DNA of 64,000 nt. It comes from Chloroflexota bacterium. Its GTDB lineage: Bacteria > Chloroflexota > UBA11872 > VXOZ01. This document shows, one piece after another, positions 55,820-64,000 of this stretch. Within the stretch, counting starts at the first letter, position 1. Every line of letters starts with the position of its first letter. The stretch spans positions 1,024,001-1,088,000 of the forward strand of contig OY760183.1 in the NCBI GenBank assembly GCA_963663275.1. Direction: 5' to 3'. The notes below the pieces were generated by a model. That model made no database searches, was not told the origin of the DNA, and was given only the letters and a program-made list of their open reading frames with translations. The position numbers and the translations under genes are program-made.

Positions 55820-57399
55820 TGCGCTTCCTCTGCCGCCGGGCGGACAAGCGCGTACTGGTAGCCGTGTATCAGCGTATCGCCCGCCTCCACGGTCACAACG
55901 AAGAGACTCACCCCGGGACCCAGACCCACGTGCTTGATCCGCTCCGAGCGGTCGCTGGTGTTGCGCGCCATGTCCGGCAGGATCACCCGCGTGACGCCCT
56001 CCGGGATTTCAAGCTCCTGGCGCGTCTCCCAGTAGGTGGAGTCTCCCGGGTCGAAGAGCAGCCGGAAGGTGTAGTCCGGCAGATAGTACGACAACTGGTT
56101 GGAGCGGTCGAACGCCACGATCAGCGTCCGCTCCGGCGCGTGGTTCAAGGTAATGTAGCGCACTTGCTTCGTCAGTATGTCGTCGATCTGGCGTATTTCC
56201 TTATACCGGCCCTGGCCGTCCGCGAAGAGGAAGAGCAGCGTATTGGCGAGCGCGATGACGGCCACCAGCGCCACGGTGATGCCCAGCGCGACGCGGTGCG
56301 GCGTGAGCGCGGTGGTCACCATGCCGCGCTGCGTCATCAGGAAGCGGTACGCTTGTTCGCAGTCCCGGGACAAGCCCCGGATGGCCAGCACCGCGTAGAT
56401 GATCAGGCCGGGGAGAAACGAGAGCACGTAGCCGGGATTGCCAATGTAGATGAACGTGTAGAACAAGATGGGCACGATCATCCACAGCAGAATCAACCGC
56501 GTGCGCGCCTCGCGCAGGATCTGCTGCGGCGAAAAGAAGCGCCCGACGTAGTAGATGATCGGCAGCAGGGCAAGGCCCACGCCGTTGTAGAGATACGCGG
56601 AGAGCGTGCGCATGTTGTCCAGCACGCTTTGCAAGTAGGCCAGCAGGCCGCCGGATTGCCCGGCCCAGAAGGCGTAATTCTCGCTGGACGCCTGCCAGTA
56701 CGCTTCCCAGCCGCCGGAAAGTTGCGCCATGGGCACGCCCCACGCCAGCACGACCGCCAGCATGACGCTAATCCCGCCCACCAGGCTGCCCAGGCTGCGG
56801 CCCCACCAGGCGTAGACCCATACCGGCAAGAGGAAGAGCAGCAGGTCCGGCCGGAAGCCCGCGCCCACACCCAGCACGAACGCGGCCGGCACGATCAGGT
56901 TGCGCGTCCCCAGTTTCGTCTCGGCCAACAGCAGCACGACCAGCGTGCTGAACAGGGCGAGAAAGGCGTAAGGATACGCTACCTCGCCGTGCGACCAGAA
57001 GGTGCTGCCGGTGGCCAGCAGCAGCGCGCTGATGACCGCGGTCTGCGCGCCGTAGAGCCGCCAGGCCAGCATGAAGAGCAGCCACACCGCCAGGCTGCTG
57101 GCCGCCAGGGAGAGGAGCACGTAACTCAGGTTGGCGTCCACGCCCAGACCGTACAGCAGTTTGGCGGCGGCGACGTACAGCGGGTAGCCGGGCGGCTGCG
57201 GGTGATGGAAGGCGACGTTGTACGCATCCAGGGCGAAAGCGTAGCTGGCGGAATCCCACGCGAAGAGCGTCTGGCTGCGAAAAGGGATGCGGCTGATGGC
57301 CGTGGCCGCGCAGAATCCAAGGCCGAGCAACCACGCCAGCCGGCTCCACGCGGTAAGCCCGTGGCGCGATCCGGCCGTTATCCGTGCCGTCTGTTCCAT
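55816..57399 (-). CDS. Multi-pass membrane protein, GT-C/PMT-like glycosyltransferase
   Basis: WDS..YA, HHPQPPGYPLY, many TM segments; start MEQTAR at 57399; ATGA overlap with folP. Confidence 0.7.
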   Translation of the reverse strand: MEQTARITAGSRHGLTAWSRLAWLLGLGFCAATAISRIPFRSQTLFAWDSASYAFALDAYNVAFHHPQPPGYPLYVAAAKLLYGLGVDANLSYVLLSLAASSLAVWLLFMLAWRLYGAQTAVISALLLATGSTFWSHGEVAYPYAFLALFSTLVVLLLAETKLGTRNLIVPAAFVLGVGAGFRPDLLLFLLPVWVYAWWGRSLGSLVGGISVMLAVVLAWGVPMAQLSGGWEAYWQASSENYAFWAGQSGGLLAYLQSVLDNMRTLSAYLYNGVGLALLPIIYYVGRFFSPQQILREARTRLILLWMIVPILFYTFIYIGNPGYVLSFLPGLIIYAVLAIRGLSRDCEQAYRFLMTQRGMVTTALTPHRVALGITVALVAVIALANTLLFLFADGQGRYKEIRQIDDILTKQVRYITLNHAPERTLIVAFDRSNQLSYYLPDYTFRLLFDPGDSTYWETRQELEIPEGVTRVILPDMARNTSDRSERIKHVGLGPGVSLFVVTVEAGDTLIHGYQYALVRPAAEEAQ

Positions 57400-57600
57400 A
57401 AGCGCTATCGATCGGCGGTCGTGTGAGTGAGGGAGACGCGCGCGGCCAGGCCCGCAGGACACCAACTCCTAATTCTAGCCCCGCCACAAGCCGCAACGCA
57501 AGCGCCCCCGCCCATGAACCGGAGAAACCAATTCTCCGGCAGTCCCACGCGCCGCTATCGACAGATAGCGTAGGTTTGTAACCTGCGCCGCCGGGAGCCG

Positions 57601-58153
57601 GTAGCGCGGGGGCTTGTCCCCCGCCTGGCGCCGACAAGGGTAGGCAATCTGTAGCCGGCCTGAGGTGTCATTCCGAACGGAGCGCAGCGGAGAGAGGAAT
57701 CTAAGGCGTATCCCTGCCATTTCATCGTTCCTAGATTCCTCGCTCCGCTCGGAATGACACTTGTATACCCCTGTCAGCCCGCCTGGTTCCAACGGGCCAC
57801 GTTCCCCACGCCGGCGCAAAGCCTGCCCCGCACGCTAAACGGGGCCGGAAAGCCTACCCTCGTTTGGCGCAGGTCTGCAACCTGGGACGCCAAGAGCACG
57901 TAGCGCGGGGGCTAGTCCCCCGCCTGGCGCTGACAAAGGTAGGCAATCTATATTCGGCCTGAGGTGTCATTCCGAACGGAGCGCAGCGGAGAGAGGAATC
58001 TAAGGCGTATCCCTGCCATTTCATCGTTCCTAGATTCCTCGCTCCGCTCGGAATGACACTTGTATACCCCTGTCAGCCCGCCTGGTTCCAACGGGCCACG
58101 TTCCCCACGCCGGCGCAAAGCCTGCCCCGCACGCTAAACGGGGCCGGAAAGCC
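57601..58153. repeat. Near-identical tandem duplication (period 299 bp) of a composite REP block
   Basis: 57601-57854 repeated at 57900-58153, including a GTCATTCCGA...TCGGAATGAC doublet. Confidence 0.9.
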
Positions 58154-58161
58154 GACACTCT

Positions 58162-58272
58162 GGTAGCGCAGGTTTGAAACCTGCGTCTTCCGTAGGGTCA
58201 ATCCATTCCTTTAGCATTTATCTTGTTCCGGCGGGGGACAAGCCCCCGCGCTACGTAAATGCGTCAGTATTG
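58162..58272. mobile_element. Partial IS4-ended MITE (right half)
   Basis: Same internal sequence as 18606-18731; degenerate end TAAATGCGTCAGTATTG. Confidence 0.72.
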
Positions 58273-58500
58273 GGGGCCACGCCCACGCTCTCTCAGGCAG
58301 ACGCCCGCTCCTCTCGCTTCCGCACCAACGCCGCATGACACACTACATCGCCAACGTAAACACCGCTTTCCCGCTTTTCTTACATTCTTCTCATACTTGA
58401 CAAGCTCCGCCAGTGTACCATTGCAGCCAAGCGCGCCGCGCATGGGTCTTACCACTGTGCCGCACAATTGCGAACCCGCTCTGCGCCAAGGAGCAGGACG

Positions 58501-59811
58501 ATGCTCTCACGCCGAACGTTGATAGGTAGCACGGCATTGCTCGCGGCCGGCTGCGGCGGGCTGGACATACCGTTGCCGGGACTGGGCGCTCCGAAGATTA
58601 CCCCATTGACCTGGGTTTCGCACATGATTACCGGTCTCGGTTCTGGGCACGCTGTCGCTTCGCCTGAGCAGCATCTCCGGCGAGTGGAGCAAGAACTGGC
58701 GGACGACAGCGAAAGCGCCTTTGGTCCCACGCGGGGGCGCTATAGCCTGGCGCTGCGCTACTTCGAGCGGTACGCGGGGCCTTACTCGGATCGCGATGCT
58801 GAGGAGTACCGCAAGCCGGAGTACCTGGCCGCGTGGCTGCAGGAAGTCGGCGCGGACTTGGTAACTCTCTGGCCTCAGGAAGCGCGGGCGTTGGGGGAGA
58901 TGGGCGCCTTGCTGCCCCTGGACCGGTTCAGCGGCGACGAATCCGGGCTTAGCGGCGATTTCTACTCTTCCGCGCTCGATTACTACCGAGAGAAGAATGC
59001 GCTCTACGCCCTGCCCGTAGGCGCGGATCCGTTGATGCTCTCATACGACGTGGACTATTTTGCGCGTATGGGGGTGTCGCCGCCGGACTCTACGTGGGAC
59101 TGGGACATCCTGGTGGAAAACGCGCTGAAGCTGACGGAGCGGGAAGAGGACGGCACGGTATCGCGCTGGGGATTGATAGCGCACGGCAGTTCCATTTGGT
59201 GGGCGCTGTGGCAGAACGAAGCGATACTGGCGGATGCGCAAACCTCGCAGTGCCGCTTGCAGGAACCGGCCGCCGTCGCAGCGCTGGAGTTCGTTCGCGG
59301 CTTGATGCACACGCACGGCGTCTCGCCCGCGGCTTCCGGACCGGAGCTAAGTAGGTTGATCTATGGTGAAGTGGCCTCCCCGGCGGCCATGATCTACTTC
59401 CCGGTACTTTACCTCTCCCCGGTCGCCACGTATCGCCGGGCAGAATTGCCCAGAGGCAAGGCGCGCAGCACGGAGATCAATCCCTACCCGGGAATCGCGA
59501 TTGCGGCGCGGACCGCCAATCCCGATGCAGCCTACACCGCGCTCAGGGGTCTCGTGAAGGCTATGCATCCGCACGTAAGAGTGCCTGTGGAGCGCGAGGC
59601 GGTGGCGCGTCTTGGGGACTACCGGTGGGATCTCCAACCGGAAGAGGTTACGGCAATCCAGCAGTCCATGGAATACGGACGCGGGGAGCCGGAGGATGAA
59701 GGTCAGTGGAGCGCCATGTTAACGGTGGTAGAGGCGCTCGCACGCGGCGATGAAGTAGCCTCCGCGATCAACCAGGCCTGCGCTGTCCTCTATGAGAGCC
59801 AGCGGGCGTGA
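58501..59811 (+). CDS. ABC sugar-type extracellular solute-binding lipoprotein (Tat signal)
   Basis: MLSRRTL...LAAGC; LLPLDRF, LYALP, WDWD.L...A.KLT, RWG. Confidence 0.85.
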   Translation: MLSRRTLIGSTALLAAGCGGLDIPLPGLGAPKITPLTWVSHMITGLGSGHAVASPEQHLRRVEQELADDSESAFGPTRGRYSLALRYFERYAGPYSDRDAEEYRKPEYLAAWLQEVGADLVTLWPQEARALGEMGALLPLDRFSGDESGLSGDFYSSALDYYREKNALYALPVGADPLMLSYDVDYFARMGVSPPDSTWDWDILVENALKLTEREEDGTVSRWGLIAHGSSIWWALWQNEAILADAQTSQCRLQEPAAVAALEFVRGLMHTHGVSPAASGPELSRLIYGEVASPAAMIYFPVLYLSPVATYRRAELPRGKARSTEINPYPGIAIAARTANPDAAYTALRGLVKAMHPHVRVPVEREAVARLGDYRWDLQPEEVTAIQQSMEYGRGEPEDEGQWSAMLTVVEALARGDEVASAINQACAVLYESQRA

Positions 59812-60110
59812 GGAGCGGCGCGGCAGCGGGCGGTGGGAGCGCGGAAGTGGTGGCGCGTATGGCCCGCGCTGCGGTCTGTCTTCCTACAAATATAAGCGGC
59901 GGGCGTCAAGGCCCGATGGTGTCGCAGCGACGCCGTGCCGGAGCTGTTCACCCTTCGACCTCGCTCAGGGCGATCGGCTCCGGCGCAGTCTTGGCGCTTT
60001 GGGACTTTTGCTTCCGTTCGTTGTGCGCGCGCGGCGGCTTGCGCGGGATTCGGCATGTGTGCTTAGCTAGAGACGGTACCAGACGCTAAGCAGAATTGAG
60101 GCTTTGTGGC

Positions 60111-61574
60111 ATGAACGTGGTTGTCATTTGCCTGGACACCATGCGCACGGACATGGTGCGTTCCTTGGGCGCGGACTTCATTCGCACGCCGGTGCTGGAT
60201 AACCTGGCCGCCGAAAGCGCGGTCTTCACCCAGGCGTACGGCTGCGCCTATCCTACGATTCCCGCGCGCCGGGCGCTCTTTACCGGCATGAACAGCTTTC
60301 CCTGGCGCTTTGGCTACGACACGCTTGGCTCCAGCCCTTCGCCGCGCGGCTGGCACAAGATCCCGCCGGAGCATACGCCGGTGTCGGAACTGCTGGTGGA
60401 AGCGGGTGTCAATACCGGCTTCATCGCCGATACCTACCACATGTTCAAGGCCACCATGAACTTCACCCGGGGCTTCTGCTCCTGGGACTTCGTGCGCGGC
60501 CAGGAGTTCGACCACTGGAAGACCCTGCCGCCCGGCGCGGTTGACCCCACGCAGTACACCGACGCCGCGCCGGATTCGCCCCGCATGACCGGCATGGTGC
60601 AGTACCTCTGGAACCAGGGCGAGCGCCCCCGGGACGACGACTTCCAGGCGGCGCGCGTGTTCGCCAGTGCCATGGACTGGGTGGAGAACAACGCCGCCTA
60701 CGGGCCGTTCTACCTCTACATCGATTCCTTCGATCCCCACGAGCCGTGGGACCCGCCGCTCCACTACGCCGACGCCTACTACAGGGACGATTCGGTGAAA
60801 GACTACATCTGGCCGGTGGGCACGGAGGTGGAAGGGGAAGCGGCGCAAGAGCGCACCAAGGCCCTCTACTACGGCGAAGTGACGTTCGTGGATACCTGGA
60901 TCGGCCACTTCCTGGATAAGCTGGAGGCGCTCCACCTGCTGGACGATACGGTCATCATCTTTACGTCCGACCACGGCACCGAGTTGCTCGACCGCAACCG
61001 CTTCGGCAAGTCCGAAGACCACCTCCAGTGGTTCAACACCCGCATCAACATGTTCATCCGCCATCCGGACAAACAGCACGCGGGCAAGCGCCTGGACGCT
61101 TTCGTGCAGCATCAGGACGTGCCGCCTACTGTGCTGGACCTGTTCGGCGTGCCCTACCAGGGACTGGACGGCATGTCCATGTGGCCGCTGGTGACGGGCG
61201 AGCGGGCGAGCAACCGCGACTTCATCATCGCCGGCTGGGGGCAGCACGCTACGGTGCGCGACCACGATTACAACTACGTGGTGGACTTCGAGCAAGGCCC
61301 GCGCAAGACCGACAGCGGCGGCTTTACGGTGACGCAGGAAACTGCCGCCCTGCACGTGCAGGAAGAACTCTACAACCTGCGCGCCGACCCGCTGGAGACG
61401 ACCAACGTGCTGGAAGGCGAACCGGCGGCGGCGGAGAAGTTGCGCTCCCGCTTGGAAGGCTTCCTGGACCAGCAGTTGCCGGCGCATCTGGACGACCGGG
61501 TGGATACCTACGAATACCCCCGGCGCGTGCACGCCAAGACGAACCCACAAATGCGGCGCATCGTCTCCGGCTGA
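60111..61574 (+). CDS. Sulfatase-like hydrolase (alkaline phosphatase superfamily) with Thr at the FGly position
   Basis: CLDTMR.D, TP.LD.LA, T-I-P-A-R-R-A-L-F-T-G, FDPHEP, FTSDHG, ELYNL..DP.ETTN. Confidence 0.9.
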   Translation: MNVVVICLDTMRTDMVRSLGADFIRTPVLDNLAAESAVFTQAYGCAYPTIPARRALFTGMNSFPWRFGYDTLGSSPSPRGWHKIPPEHTPVSELLVEAGVNTGFIADTYHMFKATMNFTRGFCSWDFVRGQEFDHWKTLPPGAVDPTQYTDAAPDSPRMTGMVQYLWNQGERPRDDDFQAARVFASAMDWVENNAAYGPFYLYIDSFDPHEPWDPPLHYADAYYRDDSVKDYIWPVGTEVEGEAAQERTKALYYGEVTFVDTWIGHFLDKLEALHLLDDTVIIFTSDHGTELLDRNRFGKSEDHLQWFNTRINMFIRHPDKQHAGKRLDAFVQHQDVPPTVLDLFGVPYQGLDGMSMWPLVTGERASNRDFIIAGWGQHATVRDHDYNYVVDFEQGPRKTDSGGFTVTQETAALHVQEELYNLRADPLETTNVLEGEPAAAEKLRSRLEGFLDQQLPAHLDDRVDTYEYPRRVHAKTNPQMRRIVSG

Positions 61575-61674
61575 ACCTGGCCGCGCCCGCCTCCTTGCCG
61601 GTGACCCGTGCGCGACCATTACCGGTAGGCGGAAATTCCCCCTCTCCCCGGGGAGAGGGCCGGGGTGAGGGGGA

Positions 61675-61818
61675 CATCGTTGTCGCATTGAACGCAATGA
61701 GAATGAAGCCTACGCTCGCTTCTCCCGTAGTGCAGGTTTGTAACCTGCGACTTACGCAAGGTCAATCCAGTCCGTTCTTGTTTACCTTGCTCCGGCGGGG
61801 GACAAGCCCCCGCGCTAC
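61675..61818. mobile_element. Partial IS4-ended MITE (left end present)
   Basis: CATCGTTGTCGCATTGA then ATGAGAATGAAG..TACGCTCG and two REPs, colinear with the 18557 copy. Confidence 0.72.
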
Positions 61819-61848
61819 GCAAACGCGGCGGCGTTGCGCGCAGGCCCA

Positions 61849-63645
61849 CTAGTGGTAGCGGACTTCCACCGCGCTGGCGCCCGCGCCAAAGTCGGCTGCC
61901 GCCAGCGCATAGGCCGTCCCGGAAACGCTGCGCCGGGTGAGCGGCAGCGGCTCCCCGCCGCACTGTACCCCGGCAATCTCTCTGCCGTCGAACCGCGCGG
62001 GCAGGAGGAGCGTGCCGCCGGGCAGTCCGTCTCGCGCCTCGAGCGTCAGGCTCAAGATGCCGCCGTCCGCGTCCCACCGCTGTTCATGCAGCAGCGCGGC
62101 GCGCCGTTGTTCGTTGAACGCGCACCAGGCGTCGGTGCTGGGCATGGGCAGTTCGCATTGCGCCGCGTACTTCAGGACCGCCTCGAACCAGCCCGCCGTG
62201 CGGATGAACTGGCCGGTCTTCACCTTAATGCCGGTGGCGTAGATCGGGTGAAAGTAGAAGTGCGCCACGGTGTGGTAGCGTTCGATCGCGGCGTCGATGT
62301 ACTCCTTGGAAACGGCGATGGCTTGCTCCTCGCTGAGCGGCGGCAGGAAACTCTTGTCCACCAGCACGTAGTCGTCGCAGAAGAGGGTCTCCTGCTCGAA
62401 AAGCTCGATGAATTCGCCGCGTTCGTCGATGAAACGCATGGGCAAGCCGCTGCCGGTCAGGTAGCCGTATTGCTGGTGGTCGCCGGCGCGGTAGTTGGTG
62501 TCCATGCGGAAACCGGCGTCGGCCAGCGCCTGGGCGGTTTCCGCCCAGCCCGGCCAGATGACGCAGTGGTGGCGGGTGGTCTTGGGCGGATAGCCGTAGC
62601 GATCCTCGAAGAGCGCCGCTTCCTCGAAAATGCGCTGGCGCATCTGCTCTACGGTCGGCTTGCCTGAGTGCCAGACGTGGGGTCCCGCCGAGTGGCCGCG
62701 CCGCCGGTAGTCGCGCTCCATCGCCGGGGTGAGGTGCTTCAGGTGCTCCTCCATCAGATAGACGGTGTACTCGCCGCCGTGGGCTTCCACCATATTGGTG
62801 TACCATTCCATCTGCGGGCGGGTCATGCCGTCGCTGTCGCCGTTGACGAGCACGATTGCCGGCGCGGCGTTGGGGTAGTGCCAGAGACGCGCCAGCGGGG
62901 CCTGTGGCGCGCTCGCCCACTCAAGGATGCGCACGAGCAGTCGCTGCTGCAGGTCGGCTTGGGGCAGGTCGAGCAGCGTGCGGTCGCGGTAGCCGACGAA
63001 GAGATCGCTGGGGCAAAACAGGCCGTCGCCGTCGGCATCGGGAGTGGGGCCGGTGCTGGCCTGCTCGCGGCGGCCCTGGTGAAAGAGGACGGTGGACGAC
63101 GCCAGGTCATAGGTGAAGACGGCGAAACGCCCCGCGCCGTAGTTGCCGGTGACAATCGCCGGATATGGGAGCGCCCAGTCGCGTCCGCCCAGCCAGGCGA
63201 GCACGCGCTCGCGGCCGCCGTAATCAGCGTACACATCGGCCGCGCCGTGAAACTGCATGAAGTCGCCGAGCGCGGAGAACCAGAGGGGATGGTCTCGCTC
63301 CGGCGCGACGTAGGCTTCGTTGGCCGTGCGCCGCTGCTTGCCCTCGATGCCAAGTTCGGCTGCGGTCTCGGCGGAAGGACGCAGGAAGACCACCGGCGTG
63401 CCCCGCTCCAGCGCCGCCAGCGCCGCCGCTTCCGCGCCGGTATCCGCGCCGCAGGGCGCCACGATCACCGCCTGCCGCGCTTGGAGTGAATCCACAGTCA
63501 GCGGCGACTGCCGCGCGTTCCGCTCTTCCGCGCCGGTCAGCCCCTCGGCAAAGAGCATCTCCAACACGTAACGCCCAAACGGGGCTGTCTCAGGATCGTA
63601 ACAGCACAACGGCGGCAGGAACGTATCGTGCTTCTTCGATGCCAT
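61849..63645 (-). CDS. Hypothetical protein with a possible polysaccharide deacetylase/glycoside hydrolase-like domain
   Basis: 598-aa ORF with good codon bias; GDSD, GPH, RHH, G..MDT, FHP pattern of NodB-like barrels. Confidence 0.65.
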   Translation of the reverse strand: MASKKHDTFLPPLCCYDPETAPFGRYVLEMLFAEGLTGAEERNARQSPLTVDSLQARQAVIVAPCGADTGAEAAALAALERGTPVVFLRPSAETAAELGIEGKQRRTANEAYVAPERDHPLWFSALGDFMQFHGAADVYADYGGRERVLAWLGGRDWALPYPAIVTGNYGAGRFAVFTYDLASSTVLFHQGRREQASTGPTPDADGDGLFCPSDLFVGYRDRTLLDLPQADLQQRLLVRILEWASAPQAPLARLWHYPNAAPAIVLVNGDSDGMTRPQMEWYTNMVEAHGGEYTVYLMEEHLKHLTPAMERDYRRRGHSAGPHVWHSGKPTVEQMRQRIFEEAALFEDRYGYPPKTTRHHCVIWPGWAETAQALADAGFRMDTNYRAGDHQQYGYLTGSGLPMRFIDERGEFIELFEQETLFCDDYVLVDKSFLPPLSEEQAIAVSKEYIDAAIERYHTVAHFYFHPIYATGIKVKTGQFIRTAGWFEAVLKYAAQCELPMPSTDAWCAFNEQRRAALLHEQRWDADGGILSLTLEARDGLPGGTLLLPARFDGREIAGVQCGGEPLPLTRRSVSGTAYALAAADFGAGASAVEVRYH

Positions 63646-63872
63646 GCGGTTTGCCTCTCCTGGACGCGCTAAAGCGCCTCACCATCTTGAGCCTTGGCGG
63701 TCAGGCTGCTGCACATAGCCAAACACGCCCCAGTGTCCGTCACCGAGGCGTGCAATAGATTCAACTCTAAGAAGATGAGCGTCTCGCCGAGCAGCCGCTG
63801 CTGCGAGCCGCGGCGCAAGACGCCTTGCCTGGAACCGCCGTGCCGCCCCCCTTGCCGCCAAGCGGTTCAGGG

Positions 63873-64000
63873 CTAGTCTTGTTCCGGTTTCCCTCTGGAA
63901 AAGTGGCCTTCAATCAGCCCCTCGATGCGCGCCAAGCGTTCGCCGAAGTCCGACATGCGCGATTCGAGCCTGGAGACCCGCGTATCGAGGCTGCGAATTT
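63873..64000 (-). CDS. 3' end of a small coiled-coil protein (paralogue 3, truncated by the window edge)
   Basis: IRSLDTRVSRLESRMSDFGERLARIEGLIEGHFSRGKPEQD-stop; shares GER...EGLIEG with paralogues 1 and 2. Confidence 0.75.
   Translation of the reverse strand, partial: IRSLDTRVSRLESRMSDFGERLARIEGLIEGHFSRGKPEQD

Noticed and set aside
1-64000. rRNA, tRNA, prophage, integron, retron, RAYT
   Set aside because: No recognisable signatures by eye; a tRNAscan/Infernal run would be needed to exclude small RNAs.

Overview
GC-rich bacterial chromosomal segment, most consistent with a Chloroflexota genome (inference from Tat-type sugar-binding lipoproteins, a HisS/HisZ-hisG pair and a PaREP1 gene). It carries housekeeping genes (alaS, argF, cdaA-cdaR, tandem-domain thyX, recA, secD, hisZ/hisS-like, hisG, secF, alr, folP, mutY), many transport and catabolic genes, a low-GC type II R-M pair, a low-GC orphan islet and one complete IS4 element. 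No rRNA, tRNA or CRISPR array was seen. The main signal is non-coding. At least six REP-like hairpin families fill the intergenic spaces. Three families of transposon-ended miniature elements (MITEs) carry REP hairpins, and two of them also insert into REP hairpins, so they carry their own target site, nest, and in one case stack their ends. REP-seeded tandem arrays also copy neighbouring DNA and have expanded in frame inside the HisZ/HisS-like and ThyX proteins. Protein-level oddities: a MocA-like nucleotidyltransferase fused to a divergent Ham1 domain, a CdaA with DKA/RHA instead of DGA/RHR, a Thr-nucleophile sulfatase-like enzyme, secD and secF split by his genes, and three dispersed paralogous small coiled-coil proteins. 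All calls come from motif recognition by eye; no database searches were run.
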